Assembly (NCBI GenBank): GCA_965178125.1
Contig: OZ237775.1
Span: forward strand, 248,001 to 312,000
Direction of reading: 5' to 3'
DNA from: Bilabrum cf. latius
Taxonomy: Eukaryota
DNA: 64,000 nucleotides
The position numbers and the translations under genes were made by a program. Below the pieces are notes generated by a model, which ran no database searches, was not told the DNA's origin, and saw only the letters and a list, made by a program, of their open reading frames with translations. The stretch's first letter is position 1; each line of letters starts with the position of its first letter. Shown piece after piece: positions 11,863 to 23,400 of this stretch.

Positions 11863-13365
11863 TCAGCCCCGCGAGGAAGAAGCCTGCCCCTGCCCCTGCC
11901 CCTGCCCGTCGTTGCTCCCTCCTCCGCTGAATAGACCGCCCACAAACCCGCCGATCGCCCCCACTGCTCCCGTGGCCGCGGTGGCAGCGGCACCCAACAC
12001 GCTCCCGTCTTGCTCTGTAGCGGGCGCACCGAGGCCGGCGGGACCAGCATCAGCCCCGCGAGCGGTCCTCAGTGCGGTCCCCTATGAGGGGGCAGGCGCG
12101 GGGGCGGGCGCGGTGGCCGGCCCCTGCCTCGCCGGCCTCGGCTTTTCGGCAGCGGCCCACGGGTCAGAGGCGGCGGCTCCGGATCCGGAATAGCCCATGG
12201 ATCCCGGGGCGGGACTGTGGGATGGGGCAGGCGCTGGAGCGGGCGCCTGTGCCCCCCCCCTGCCACTGCCTCCCCCCCTTCCTCCTCTTGCTGCTGCTAC
12301 CTGCCCGTGCTCCCCAGTGCTGGCGTGCCACGCCGCGATTGCCTCCGCGTGCTGCCTATCCCTGATTTCCTGCACCTGCTGCTCCGTTTCTCCAGTGTAC
12401 TTGGCCCGGCGCTGCACCCCGTCCGAGTGGCAGCATGCGCACAGTGGCCCGCAGCACGCGATGCATGGCATGCACATGCACCAGGCGATCGTGCTCCAGG
12501 GACTGTGGGGCACAGGGATGTGCTTGCTAGGATCACTGCTTCCCCTGGCGAGCTGCTGCCCGAGGCCCATGCACGTGTTGCAGAGGCAAGTGCACATAAA
12601 CACAAAGCCGCCGCCTGCGAGCACCGTCCATCCAATAATGATGCAAGCCAGGACCATGTCGTCAACCTGGTCCGGACAAGCCTCGTCTGCACCTCCGAAC
12701 CAAACAGAGCCAATGATCAGCCACACGAACTGGAAGATAAGCACCAGGATGTAGATGGCGATAATTGGGTCGTAGCAAGACAGCTGGTATACCCGCTCGC
12801 CGAAATTGCGATCACCGGCTGCCTCCTGCGAGGCGTTCATAGATTGAAAAAATCAGAAGTTACTTGCCGCGTGTAGTCGCTACGGAACCGAGCGACACCT
12901 GAACAGCTCCGATATTGCAGCAGAGCGACAGGACTTACCGTGTACGGCTTCTAGAACTTGCAAAAGCAGTACACTGCGACTATCGTGTTAACAACAAGCG
13001 CTACTGCATCCAACAAGAGCCACAGCGGCAGATTCTGGCCGCAATCGTCGGCATCTGAAAAGGACGAACCCGCAATGCCCAGAGCAACAAGACCAGGAAT
13101 CAGGCTGAAGCACGTAGCCTGGCACATGCAGAAGCTCATAGGCTGCTCAAAATAGAAATTTATTTCCATGCACCAGTCGGATACGGAATCGCAGACGCCT
13201 TCGCACGCTCTTCCTACGATACGACACTGCGAACCAGAGTTGGGAATGCAAGACAAGGCAAAGCACAGTGTAGCCTCTTGGTCCACTACGTTGGCTAGCG
13301 CGCGGTCATACGTGCAAATTATATCTTACTGGAAAACAAAGTGCCTGTGCTAGGACTGCTGCCAT
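11863..13365 (-). CDS. Cys-rich multi-pass membrane protein of unknown function (loosely TMEM272-like), ~428 aa, 3 exons
   Basis: Exons 13365-13330, 13226-12939 and 12825-11863; both introns GTAAG...TCGCAG in phase 0. In-frame TAGs at 12951 and 12082. About four hydrophobic helices and a Gly/Ala/Pro-rich tail. Ends TGA. Confidence 0.68.
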
Positions 13366-13629
13366 TGCAATAAAAGTAGTTTACGTGGCCTCACTGGTTG
13401 CACCACAACGGTAGCCAGCGGAACGAGTTGCAGCGGTTCTAACCAACGACTGCCCGGGGTGCGCGGTGAAGGGCAATTCGACAGGTTCAAGTGTGCGCCC
13501 CGTACAGAACGCGTGTATTCGTCAATCAATCTGCACCGAGCCTGTGCCCCCCTCCAGCCCACCCAGCCCCACGAGCCTTGCCACTTCAAGTTGTCGATGA
13601 CAAGCAGCCACTTCCAATCCGGGATTCAT

Positions 13630-14584
13630 TCACTCGACGTAGATCCACTTGTCGATGGCCTTCTCGTAGTTCTGCAGCTCCTCCTCGCGGAACCAGAAGG
13701 CGATCTCCTTGGCGGCGCCCTCGGGCCCATCGGATCCGTGGCACGTGTTCGCCCCGATTGTCACGGTCAGGTCACCGCGGATGCTGCCGGCCGCCGAGTC
13801 CGCGGGGTTGGTGGCCCCGAGCAGCCTGCGCCCTCCCAGGATGGAATCCTCGCCCTCCCAGCACATGGCCACGATGGGCCCAGAGGAGAAGAAGTTCACC
13901 AGCCCGGGGAAGAACTTCTTCCCGGCCAGGTCGGAGTAGTGCCCCTCTGCCTGTGCCTTGGTGGGAGTGAGCATCTTGAGCCCGACGAGCTTGTAGCCCT
14001 TCTGCTCGAAGCGGCGGATCACCTCGCCCACCGCGTTCCTCTGCACGCCGTCAGGCTTGACAGCGATGAAGGTGCGCTCGTACCGGGTGCCGGGCTTTCC
14101 TGCGAACATGGTGCGGGTGGCAAGGCCGAACGTGCAGTGAGAGATGCTCCGCAACCAGAATGGCACACCTGCTTGCACCGACCGGGCCTAGTCAGAAAAT
14201 AGCAACTCGGCCACGATATGAACTTATATGGACTTACCGGTGTACGGGACGTCAGCCTCGCACTCGACCACGTCCTTCGCAGCGCTGGCGGCGAATGCCG
14301 TCACGGCCACACCAGCTGCCACAGCTGAGGTGCCCAGGCGCATCGCGGGCCGGGAAAGGCGCGATGCAATCTGGCTGGAACGAGCAGCCTGTAATCATTG
14401 AGATGGGTAACATGCAAAGAATGTTGTGTTCATTTTGGCAAAAAACAACAATTTCGAGCTCGACGTCAAACAAAATCCAAATCCTCTTCAAACTGAGCAC
14501 GTTCTGCAGTTGCGCAACGCGGCAACTGATAGAAAAATACATGCTCACAAGGGCACGAAGCGCGAAAGCACCACGGGCGATCAT
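13630..14584 (-). CDS. NDK: Nucleoside diphosphate kinase with N-terminal (probably mitochondrial) targeting extension, ~218 aa, 3 exons
   Basis: Exons 14584-14549 (MIARGAFALRAL), 14388-14238 and 14099-13630. Motifs ERTFIAVKPDGVQR, GSIRGD and catalytic HGSD. Arg/Ala/Ser-rich N-terminus. Ends TGA. Confidence 0.93.
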
Positions 14585-14787
14585 CTCTTCGTTGTCGTGG
14601 AAATGTTCGGTGTTCGCGCTACCCGTGGACTGTTACGTGCTGTTTGCCAGTAGTGGAGCACGACGACGACTGCTCCGTCCGGTCGCCACTGGCTCAGGCC
14701 TTTACTGACTTTGAGGGCCTCGGCACCGAAACACGCTTCATAAGTTAAAATATCTCCCATCTTTGCAACTGCACACGATACGCCCCT

Positions 14788-17370
14788 TCAAGGCAGGGGC
14801 GCATCGGGCGGCCTGGCCAGCACTACCGGCTGCGAGCCCTGCACCTCGATCGAGAACTCGAACGGAGCATGTGGCTCCCTCGGTGACACCTGCACGCGAT
14901 GGTGACCCGGGTACAGAATCGTCTCTCCCCTTGCCCCCGTCAGCCCGAGATCGATCGCCCGGACACTCATGGCGACCTCGGTGCCTGTGCCCGTCCGCTC
15001 GAACGCGAACAGGGACTTGCTCGGCACCGGGTGCGAAGGTGCTCGCTCGCCCCAAGCACCTGCTCGGATGGCACCGGCAATTGAGGTGCTCGGCACGTGG
15101 TACGCCAGCAGGATCTCGTCCGGGGAGGGAACGTTCGCTTCAAGGCGCAGCGAACCGGCCTTAACGGAGCACCGGATGGTCCCGAGCACCTGCTCCGGGC
15201 CGGGCGCCGAGCCGCTGTAGCTGATGCCAGTCGCGTTCGGCATGGCTCCAGCTGCGACGGTCCCACTCTCTGGCACGTGTAGGGTGCAGTCCACTGAATT
15301 GCTGCCGTATGCCAGACCAGAGCCGAACGGATAGATCACGTCAGACGGCTTGGCATACCTGTAGGTCCTGCCCTGCTCGGCCACCTCTAGCCCCGTCACC
15401 TCGGTGCGGGCAGCGAATGCAGGCGAATAGATCGTGTAGGGCAGCCTGCCCCAGCTGTTCAACCTCCCCGAGAGCAGTGCAGCGAGGGCAGGAGCGCCAA
15501 ACGATGGATAGAAAGCCTCCACCACGGCGTCGCTGTCGGTGTACAAAGACTCCTGGCCGATGGCGCCGGCGTTGATCAGCACGGTGACGACCTTGCCACC
15601 CGCGGCCCGCGCCGCTTTGACCACCTCTTCAACCAGAAGCTGTTGTTCCCCGGGGAGTGTCACGTTGGGATGATCCGATCCCTCGTGCTCGATGTGCTCG
15701 TTGTCGTACCCCACCGCGAGCACAACCACGTCGGCCCAACCCGCCGCAGACACCGCCGCGGGGATCCCACTCGTCACATTCGAGTCCACGTCGCAGCCCT
15801 CCTCGACCCGCACCTCGACCCCTGACGACGCCCCCACCTCGCTCGTCACACTTGCTCCCTTCAGCTCGCTGCGGATGGAGTCCCCGATGGTGGGCACGCA
15901 CCCGTCGGCCCTTGAGCTCCGGTTGCTCACGCCGGGGCAGAACGCGTCGCTGTAGAAATCGCCGAGGAGGCCGCGCCTAGAGACCGAGTGCGGGCCAATC
16001 ACGGCGACCTTGCTCGCGACTGGTGTGACGAGTGGGAGCACACCCCCGTCGTTTTTGAGCAGCACGATCCCCTGGGCGGCCCCCTGCTCCGCTGCCTGCT
16101 GGTGTTCCCTGCTGTGGATGTACTCTGGCCCCAGCCGGGTCATGGGCTGTTCCTCAAGGGGATCAAACAGCCCGAGTCTCATCCTCTGCATGAGGTTTCG
16201 CGCCAGTGACACGTCCACGTCAGCCTCCGTCAGCAGTCCCGCGCTGACAGCCTGCTCGATCCCCGAGGGGAACTTGGGGTCATCATTGGCTCCGTATGGA
16301 TAACCCGCGTTGATGTCGGTTCCGTTGGTGATCCCATAGGCTACCGCCTCAGGCAGACTTCCGGCATATCCGTTCCCGTGTGGTGGCTTGCTTACCATGC
16401 TGCTGATGGCTCCGCAGTCGGAGATGATGACCGCGTCGGGGACCTCCCAGTAGCTCCTCACCACTTTGGCCAGGTAGGGGCTGGCGCAGGACGGACCCAG
16501 CCCCTTGATGCTCGTGTAGGAACACATGGCCGCGTTGGTCGCGTTGAATCCTCGGGCGTAGGGAGGCAGGAAAGAGTCCCACGCGTCAAAGGCGCTGATG
16601 CTGCCGATGGCACCAAACCGGTCCGTCTCGTACTGGTAAAAAGAGAAGTGCTTCAGCCCGGCTGCGAGCCGGAGGTACTGCTTGCCAGCCGTGGCTGGCA
16701 TTTCGATCGGTTCGCCGACCGGAAGTGGCTTCCCCGCCTTGATGTGCTCGCCCACGTCGCGGGCGATCCCGCTGAGATACTCGAACGCGTACTCTCCAGT
16801 CAAAAAGCGGTCCTCGGATGGAAGCTCGCCGTTCCTCCCGTTTCTCGGGTCAATAATTAGGTTGATGTCAGGCCCATACCCGAATAGATCCACTTTGGCG
16901 TCAGCCGAGTAGATCCTGGAAACGTTTAGGTTGTTAAGAGCGCGCGCTTCGGTGCCTACCACATCCCCTTTCGCCCTCCACACCGTCCGATTGAACGTTG
17001 CAGCTAGGTTCAGCGGAGAAGGGAAAATAGTCGGGCACCTGGTTTGATTGGTGGACTGATCCACGTAGCACGACGAGCTCACGCCAGAATTGATTTCAAT
17101 AAGCATGACAAACGGTGGTATTCCTAGTCTTGGCACACCAGCATCGATTACGGAGCAACCGTCCGTGTGATTGCGAGATCCCATGATCCCTGCCTTCTCA
17201 GGTAGGGTGAGCTGCCCTAAAAGCCTGTGCACCCGCTCCTCGTAGCTCAGCGACGAGTCGCAAAAATCCTGCGATCTTGCGGCGCCCTGGCACACATACG
17301 CATTGGGAGCATACTGCACTGCCCATGCAGAAACTCCAGCAAGTGCTGCACATATAGCGATGCGCTTCAT
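14788..17370 (-). CDS. Secreted GH3 glycoside hydrolase (beta-xylosidase/alpha-L-arabinofuranosidase-like), ~860 aa
   Basis: Signal peptide MKRIAICAALAGVSAWA (an upstream in-frame ATG at 17469 is possible). Motifs GVPRLGIP, DPRNGRNGELPSED, KHF, nucleophile SDCGA, GIVLLKN, GRLPYT and GRTYRY. Ends TGA. Confidence 0.9.
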   Translation of the reverse strand: MKRIAICAALAGVSAWAVQYAPNAYVCQGAARSQDFCDSSLSYEERVHRLLGQLTLPEKAGIMGSRNHTDGCSVIDAGVPRLGIPPFVMLIEINSGVSSSCYVDQSTNQTRCPTIFPSPLNLAATFNRTVWRAKGDVVGTEARALNNLNVSRIYSADAKVDLFGYGPDINLIIDPRNGRNGELPSEDRFLTGEYAFEYLSGIARDVGEHIKAGKPLPVGEPIEMPATAGKQYLRLAAGLKHFSFYQYETDRFGAIGSISAFDAWDSFLPPYARGFNATNAAMCSYTSIKGLGPSCASPYLAKVVRSYWEVPDAVIISDCGAISSMVSKPPHGNGYAGSLPEAVAYGITNGTDINAGYPYGANDDPKFPSGIEQAVSAGLLTEADVDVSLARNLMQRMRLGLFDPLEEQPMTRLGPEYIHSREHQQAAEQGAAQGIVLLKNDGGVLPLVTPVASKVAVIGPHSVSRRGLLGDFYSDAFCPGVSNRSSRADGCVPTIGDSIRSELKGASVTSEVGASSGVEVRVEEGCDVDSNVTSGIPAAVSAAGWADVVVLAVGYDNEHIEHEGSDHPNVTLPGEQQLLVEEVVKAARAAGGKVVTVLINAGAIGQESLYTDSDAVVEAFYPSFGAPALAALLSGRLNSWGRLPYTIYSPAFAARTEVTGLEVAEQGRTYRYAKPSDVIYPFGSGLAYGSNSVDCTLHVPESGTVAAGAMPNATGISYSGSAPGPEQVLGTIRCSVKAGSLRLEANVPSPDEILLAYHVPSTSIAGAIRAGAWGERAPSHPVPSKSLFAFERTGTGTEVAMSVRAIDLGLTGARGETILYPGHHRVQVSPREPHAPFEFSIEVQGSQPVVLARPPDAPLP

Positions 17371-17480
17371 GGCTTTGAGCAAACAGATTGTGAGGTTGTA
17401 GATGCGGCGGCCAGTTGCCGTTGCCTGCGCATTACGGAACCTGCGCACAATCGATACTTTAGCTGTCATTTTGCTAGTAA

Positions 17481-18272
17481 ATGGACAGCTTCGGAGCTCT
17501 TGACGGACTCATGAGCGCCCTTCTTGCATACGCCAGATCAGCTCACGGTGCGACTTAGGAATACAATGGTTCGTTTCAAAGGAATCGATTTTGCCGACGG
17601 GTGCATCTCGGAACCAGTGCTATCGAAGCTGCTGCGTCTCGCACCAATATTCATGCGTATTATAATTCTTCAGAGGCGTAGGTGTGTCCCATGTGCTAGC
17701 TGTTCCGGCATTCGCCGTGCCGGAAGCAGTACGCAAAGCTTGCGATGTTCGACCGAGCAGTTGACAGCACTCATGTGCGTATAAAGAATCCTTAGCCATC
17801 GTCACCCCCTCTTCTTGGTACAAATGCCATTGAGCATGTGCGTGTTGCACTGTATGTGGACGTGAAGCGCTGCCACAGTCTTCACGAAGATGACATGGAT
17901 ACACCCGAGGGCCTTGTCGCGGCGTTTGAGAGATCTCAGGCAGCGAGGGAGCGTTTCGATATGGCGGCGAAGGGACTGGTGCGTGTGTCTGATTGCTCGC
18001 AGACGGCTTTGGATGAGAGTAACTCGCGGAGTGGGCAAGGCGAGCGCGGGGAGGCAGATGCTCCTTTTTCAAGACAATGTAGTGAGCAGCTGGATGACGA
18101 TGGAAAAGCACAGGCAGCATCTGAAGGGTCCAATGGCAGGCACCAAGTAATGTCGCCTCAGCGGCCAACCGTCCCCGCATCTGCACGGTCGCAGCTCTGC
18201 CGGGACGACCAGGCGCTGCTCGCCGTGACGGAGCACTTGCTTGACCTGGCTGAGTCCGGAGCGCGTATGTAA
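17481..18272 (+). CDS. Hypothetical protein, ~263 aa (visible at full length only with TAG as sense)
   Basis: ATG at 17481, preceded by an in-frame TAA, is open to TAA 18270-18272 with only TAGs inside (17556, 17679, 17697, 17793). No family recognised. Confidence 0.5.
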
Positions 18273-18480
18273 TCGCGTATGACGATGGACGTGCCGTGGA
18301 TACTTTGGGGGGGTCATCACATGATGGACCGCTGGTCCTGTGTCGCAAGTTACCCGACAGAATGCCCCGGCCTGTCGGCGCCGCACGAGGCAGGTTCCGC
18401 AAATTGCAACTTGCGTACACGGGTGGACAGTCTGTGGCATCATTGCAAGAGCTACAATACCGATGCGCATGGTTTTCAAT

Positions 18481-20208
18481 ATGTTTCGTGCAAGTCTATA
18501 CTTGCTTCCATGTATCATTGCACCTGTGCGCAAAAGCCTCGCATTGCCAGCGACCGGATTTTCCGCAGCTGACGTCGCCTCGGTAGCCATGCACCCGGCG
18601 CGCAATTTGGCAAGCAATAAAGTGGACCTGCGGTAGGTCAATTCATTGCATCATGATAGATGGGACTACAACTTGATAGCCGAGATTCGTGGCCAGAATG
18701 ATCAATATTTTGGCGCCTTGTCAGAAAGTCCACAGTTCGCAGTGCTACCCCACAACAGCGCAAGAGATCAACACATCGGTGCATGGAACAGCCCATGTGG
18801 AATTGTTGGTGGTACATACCTGAGTTTCCATGGTTTTAGCGGGTGCGTGCTAGGAATGCACGAGAAAGCGCCGTGTTACGATTCTGGCTGCATCTTCGTC
18901 GTGCCGAGTATGAGCAGCAACGATGCAGCATCTAGCAGCAACATGACCATTCCTAACGATATCCCCGACGACAACTGGGGCGCCCTTCGCAGTGATCTGT
19001 CGGCAGGAGACCAATTCGGCGCGTCGATCGCAGTGCTTCACGCCGCCTCGCCCCTAGTCCCCCCTGGGGTGGTCGTGGGGGCACCGGGGGCGCGGGGGGG
19101 ACGGGGGTCCATCTACGTGTTGGAGATGACCGCTAATTTCAGGCGCAAGGGCCATTACCGCATCGAGGCAGTGCCATCCTCCACCGGGCTGACTGGCCCC
19201 TCCGAACATTGGCCCCGCCGATTCGGAGCGTCGGTGGCGAGCATCCACGGCCTGGGGGGTGCAGACCGCGTGAATGACATCGCAGTTGGCGAGCCGGGGG
19301 TATCACAGGTGCACGTGCTGAGGTATGACGAGTGGGAAAGCGCGTGGCGGGTCACGCACACGGTGAGCGGTCTGCAGGAGGCAGGGGGCTCTTGGAGTTG
19401 CGGAGGCGCCAGGACGGCGCTTGTCAGTGACTCCAAGCAGGAGCAGGGATTTGGGGCAGCCTTGACCCAGCTGAGCAGCCCTGTCACCGATCCCGCCGTA
19501 TCCGGCGATGGAACGGTGACAATCGGCATCTACTCGTCAGTGCGGGCCTCTGTCGAGGTGGTCAAAGTCGGCCCCACGTCTGATAGGACAATCCCTCGCG
19601 TCACTATCCAGTCCAAGTACCGGCCGGTTCTTCCGACTTCGAGTATGGAATAGGATGGCACGCAAGCGGTGGCGACTATCGGTAGTCCCCGCGGTCTGCA
19701 GCAAGAGTCGTCATGCCCCGAGGAGAGCGACACCACGGGTCGGGACATCGCCGTGGTGGTGTGCTCGGGCATCTTCGGTGCCATGTGTGCCGTCGCTGGC
19801 TGGTACCTGCTTCAATGGCTCTCTACGCAGGAGTGGTGCTGGTGTGTGCCTGGCCCTGCCACCCCCTCTCAACGAGGTGGGCATAGCGCCAGCGCCAGCG
19901 CCAGGCAAGCTGAGATTGAGACGAGGAGACTCACTGGAGGCTCTGCGTCTGAGGCTGATCACGATGGCGAAGGCGAAGGCGAAGATGCTAGTGCTGAATA
20001 GGCTGGCAATCCGCTCCGACAGCATGTAGGGACTCGGAGGTCAAAGGACGGGTAGGCTGACGGTCTAGAGGCTGGGAAAGGCCGCGCGACCAAGGGGCTA
20101 GCAGGCAATTCAGACAGAGGCAGGCGCACCCTCTCCAACGGTGGAGTTCAGGGGCGTGCCGCATCCAAGTTCTTGTTTAGACAGAGGATGGTGGGCGAAG
20201 AAGTCTAA
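18481..20208 (+). CDS. FG-GAP (integrin-alpha beta-propeller-like) repeat type I membrane protein, ~575 aa
   Basis: One frame joins ORFs 18340-18636, 18646-19653 and 19669-20001 through TAGs at 18634, 19651, 19999 and 20053; ends TAA 20206-20208. Signal-like N-terminus (alternative ATG 18463), FG-GAP-like motifs DQFGASIA...VVVGAPG...GSIYVL and RFGASVA...DIAVGEPG, and TM segment IAVVVCSGIFGAMCAVAGWYLL. Confidence 0.65.
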
Positions 20209-20415
20209 GCCTAACCTGTAAGTTTTTATACCCCGGTTTGATCAGAACCTTTGTCGCCCACAATCCGATCCGGACTCCTTGAGGGAAAAAATGTGAAAGG
20301 CTCATCCAGGATTATGCTGTTTCCGTTCATCGAATGGATTGCGGACGATTATTCGGCACCACGCGTCATGTATTGAACTCACTATTCTACGAAACAACAC
20401 GTAGTTCCTAGCACT

Positions 20416-23400
20416 TTAATCGTCAAGCTGCGTCAGCATGGCCACGCCCGCCTTGATCCACTTCTTCTGCTCCTCATCCTCCGCCATGGGCAAGAAGCAG
20501 ATCATCACGAAATTCGTGGAGTGCCCCGTGGTGCTCAGCATGCCCCGCCTCTCCGAGGTCTTGTACACGGGGCAGTGGTACACTCCGTGGTCTGCGTCGA
20601 TGTCGACCGTCTTCTTCGGCAGCATATGAATGACTGGCACCGAGGTAAAGAGCACCTTTGGCTCAGAGTCGGCGAGGTGACCCGCCTCTGCGTCCCACCT
20701 GCAGCCCTCCAGGAAGAGCCCCTGGATGTAGGCCCCGTCCTCCGGCGCCTCCACGATGCCCTCGCCCTCCTCCGGAGACAGCACCCTGAAATCGTACGCA
20801 AGCTCGTCAATTGGGATCGTGTACTTCCTCGCGTAATTCTGACGGGTGCCGGTCAGGAAGGACTGCGTGAAGAAGAAGCCGCTGATCCAGTACACGGGTG
20901 GCTTGTCTTCCCTGGTCCACTTGTCGAAGAACGCAAGTCGCTCGAGAAGGTCGTTCACGTACGACCCGAGCGGCTTGAGCGAAGGGAAGCTCACGGCCTG
21001 CCAGAATCCCGGCACCCTGCCCTGCACCATCTCCTGCCCGATGGTCTCCAGCTCGATGCTCATCACTACCAGCCCCTTGATGCCCAGCTGCACGTCTTCC
21101 AATGACTGCTTCACGCGAGCCAGCAGCCTGTTGAACCGGATCAGCTCCTGCACCAGCACAGTGTTCATGGACTCCTCGAATTTCACGGGAAACATGACCT
21201 CGATCTTCTCGATGTCGTACAAGGGCGGCAGCTTGTCAGCCGTGTCCTTGGCTAGCGCCATCAGGGTGTCCTCCCACGAGGCACCGCCGCCGCCCGCGGT
21301 GCGAGGCTGCAGGGATAATGCCGTGCTCAGCACCGAGTTCGTCTCCTGGATGGCGCACGTGATGTCCGCGTTATCGTGGAGGCCGAACACCTCTGGAGCG
21401 TCCGACATGGGCATGGCTCGGATGACTTCCAGGTACGTTTCGATGCTGCCCGGCTTGGGGGATGTGTAGTTCCCCGAGGCAGAGAAGGAGTACCCGGGCT
21501 GCTTGATCCCCGGGGTGTAGAAGTCGCTCAGGATGTTCAGGATCAGCCGCCGGTCCTTGTCGTCCGTCACCCTGCCCCCGTAGTTGCACTCGCCCACGAG
21601 GTAAGTAAGAGCATCGAAAGGCACGTCGGGGTAGTCCCCGTCAAGGAAGATCTTGAGCTGCTGCATGCTGATCCGCAGGTCGGGTTCGCTGAACTCGTAG
21701 GGAATGTTCCATCCCAGCGGACCGAACCTTCGCCTCTCCCTCACCAGGGCGTGGAAAAAGCACAGACCGTACAGCATCCTCTTGAAGACTTCCGGCCGCT
21801 TGCACGTCTCAAACCAGTCGCCCTCCGCCTCGATGGTGTTGTACGAGCCGACTAGGGAGGCACGCATGCCCTTGGGCGGCTCGATCGTGATCTTGACTCC
21901 ATTCTACAGCACACTCACCGGGAACTTGGGGTTGGGCATGGCCGTGAGCCACAGCCGGAACTTGTCGTCGGTCTTCTCCGGCTCCAGCTCTTCCACCAGC
22001 CGCTCTAGTGTGGGCATCCACGACTCGGCGAGGTGGCAGTTCTGCAGACACACCCAAAGCCCGGTGTCGACACCCTCCGATATCATCGACTCCGCCCTGG
22101 GGCCCTGTCCCTGGCCCAGAGACACCTGCTGCATGCTCTTGAGCTTGCCGTTCTTCTCGGCCAGCGACTGCAGCTGGGACATGGGGTCTGCCCCGGGCGA
22201 CAGCACGAAGATGAGCGGCTTCGTGCTGGTAGAGTCGTCGAAGCAGCGCTGCAGGTCGAAGGGTGGCGGGTCGATGAACGTTCGTCCGAGCTCGGCCTCG
22301 ATGAACAGCCGGATCGCGCCGATCACCTTGTCCGGCCGCAGGCAGCGCAACACCATGAGCCTTTGGAAGCGGTCGTAGCCCCCGGCCTCGATGGGAAACT
22401 CCTTCAACTCTCTTGAAGGCACCGTGGATTTGCCCTTCTTCTTGCCCTTCTTGGGCTTCTTCTGACCACCCGCAGCAGCCCCGCCTGCACCGGCACCGCT
22501 GGCAGCTCCACCACCCGCTGGCGCCAGCAAAGGCCCTCCCTGCTTCTCCTTTAGCACCTCACCGATGGCACCCAGCGGATCGGGCGAGTCGAACACTGCC
22601 TCCCAGTCCTTCAGGTGACCCTTCACGTGCCTGTCCATGCCCTCCAGACCGACGATCTTTGACATCTCGCAGAGGTCTGCCCAGGCTTTGTCCGTCAGCC
22701 ATTCGCGCTCCTGGCCCGCGGTCGGGTTGGGTTCCTTGGTGTCCAAAGAGAGAGCACCCTAAAGGAAGAACCTCAGGTCGGACTGTACCACGGCTCCCGC
22801 CTCCCTGCCCCCGTCCCTGCCCGTGAGGATCTTCACGCAGAGCAGGAAGGAGAAGAGCAGCTTGTCCTTCTCGAACAGAGACCTGCACACGTTTTCGTAC
22901 AGGACGGCCGTGAACGTGCTCATGATGCTCTGCGTGATGGCACCAAGATCCCCCTTCTTGTCGGCCTTGTCGATGGCCGCGTTGAAGAGGCTCACGTACC
23001 ACTCGAGCGAGTACTGGTACATTGGGTCCACCTGGCACAGGTCAGCGATGCAGAAGAACAGCAGCGAGGCGCGGATGGCGACAGGCTAGTACTACGCCCT
23101 TGTGGTCTAGATCCTCGCCTGGGTCCGTTCGGCGAGCTTGACCTGCTCCATGATCGTGTTGGAGGTCTCCTTCGACTCCTTGAGAGTCTTGACCAGCTGC
23201 TCATTCTGCAAGATATCGCCCTCCACGTCGGCCAGCAAGGTCAGGATCTGGTTCTCGAGGTCGGTCAGCTGCCTCTTGTTCTCCGCGTCCTGCAGCACCA
23301 ACCGCTCCCTCTCTGCCTCTAGGGCCGCTTCCATCCGGCGGACCACGATGCCCAGCATCTGGTCCTGCAGTCCGTCAGGGGTTGCCATGAAGTTGAGCAG

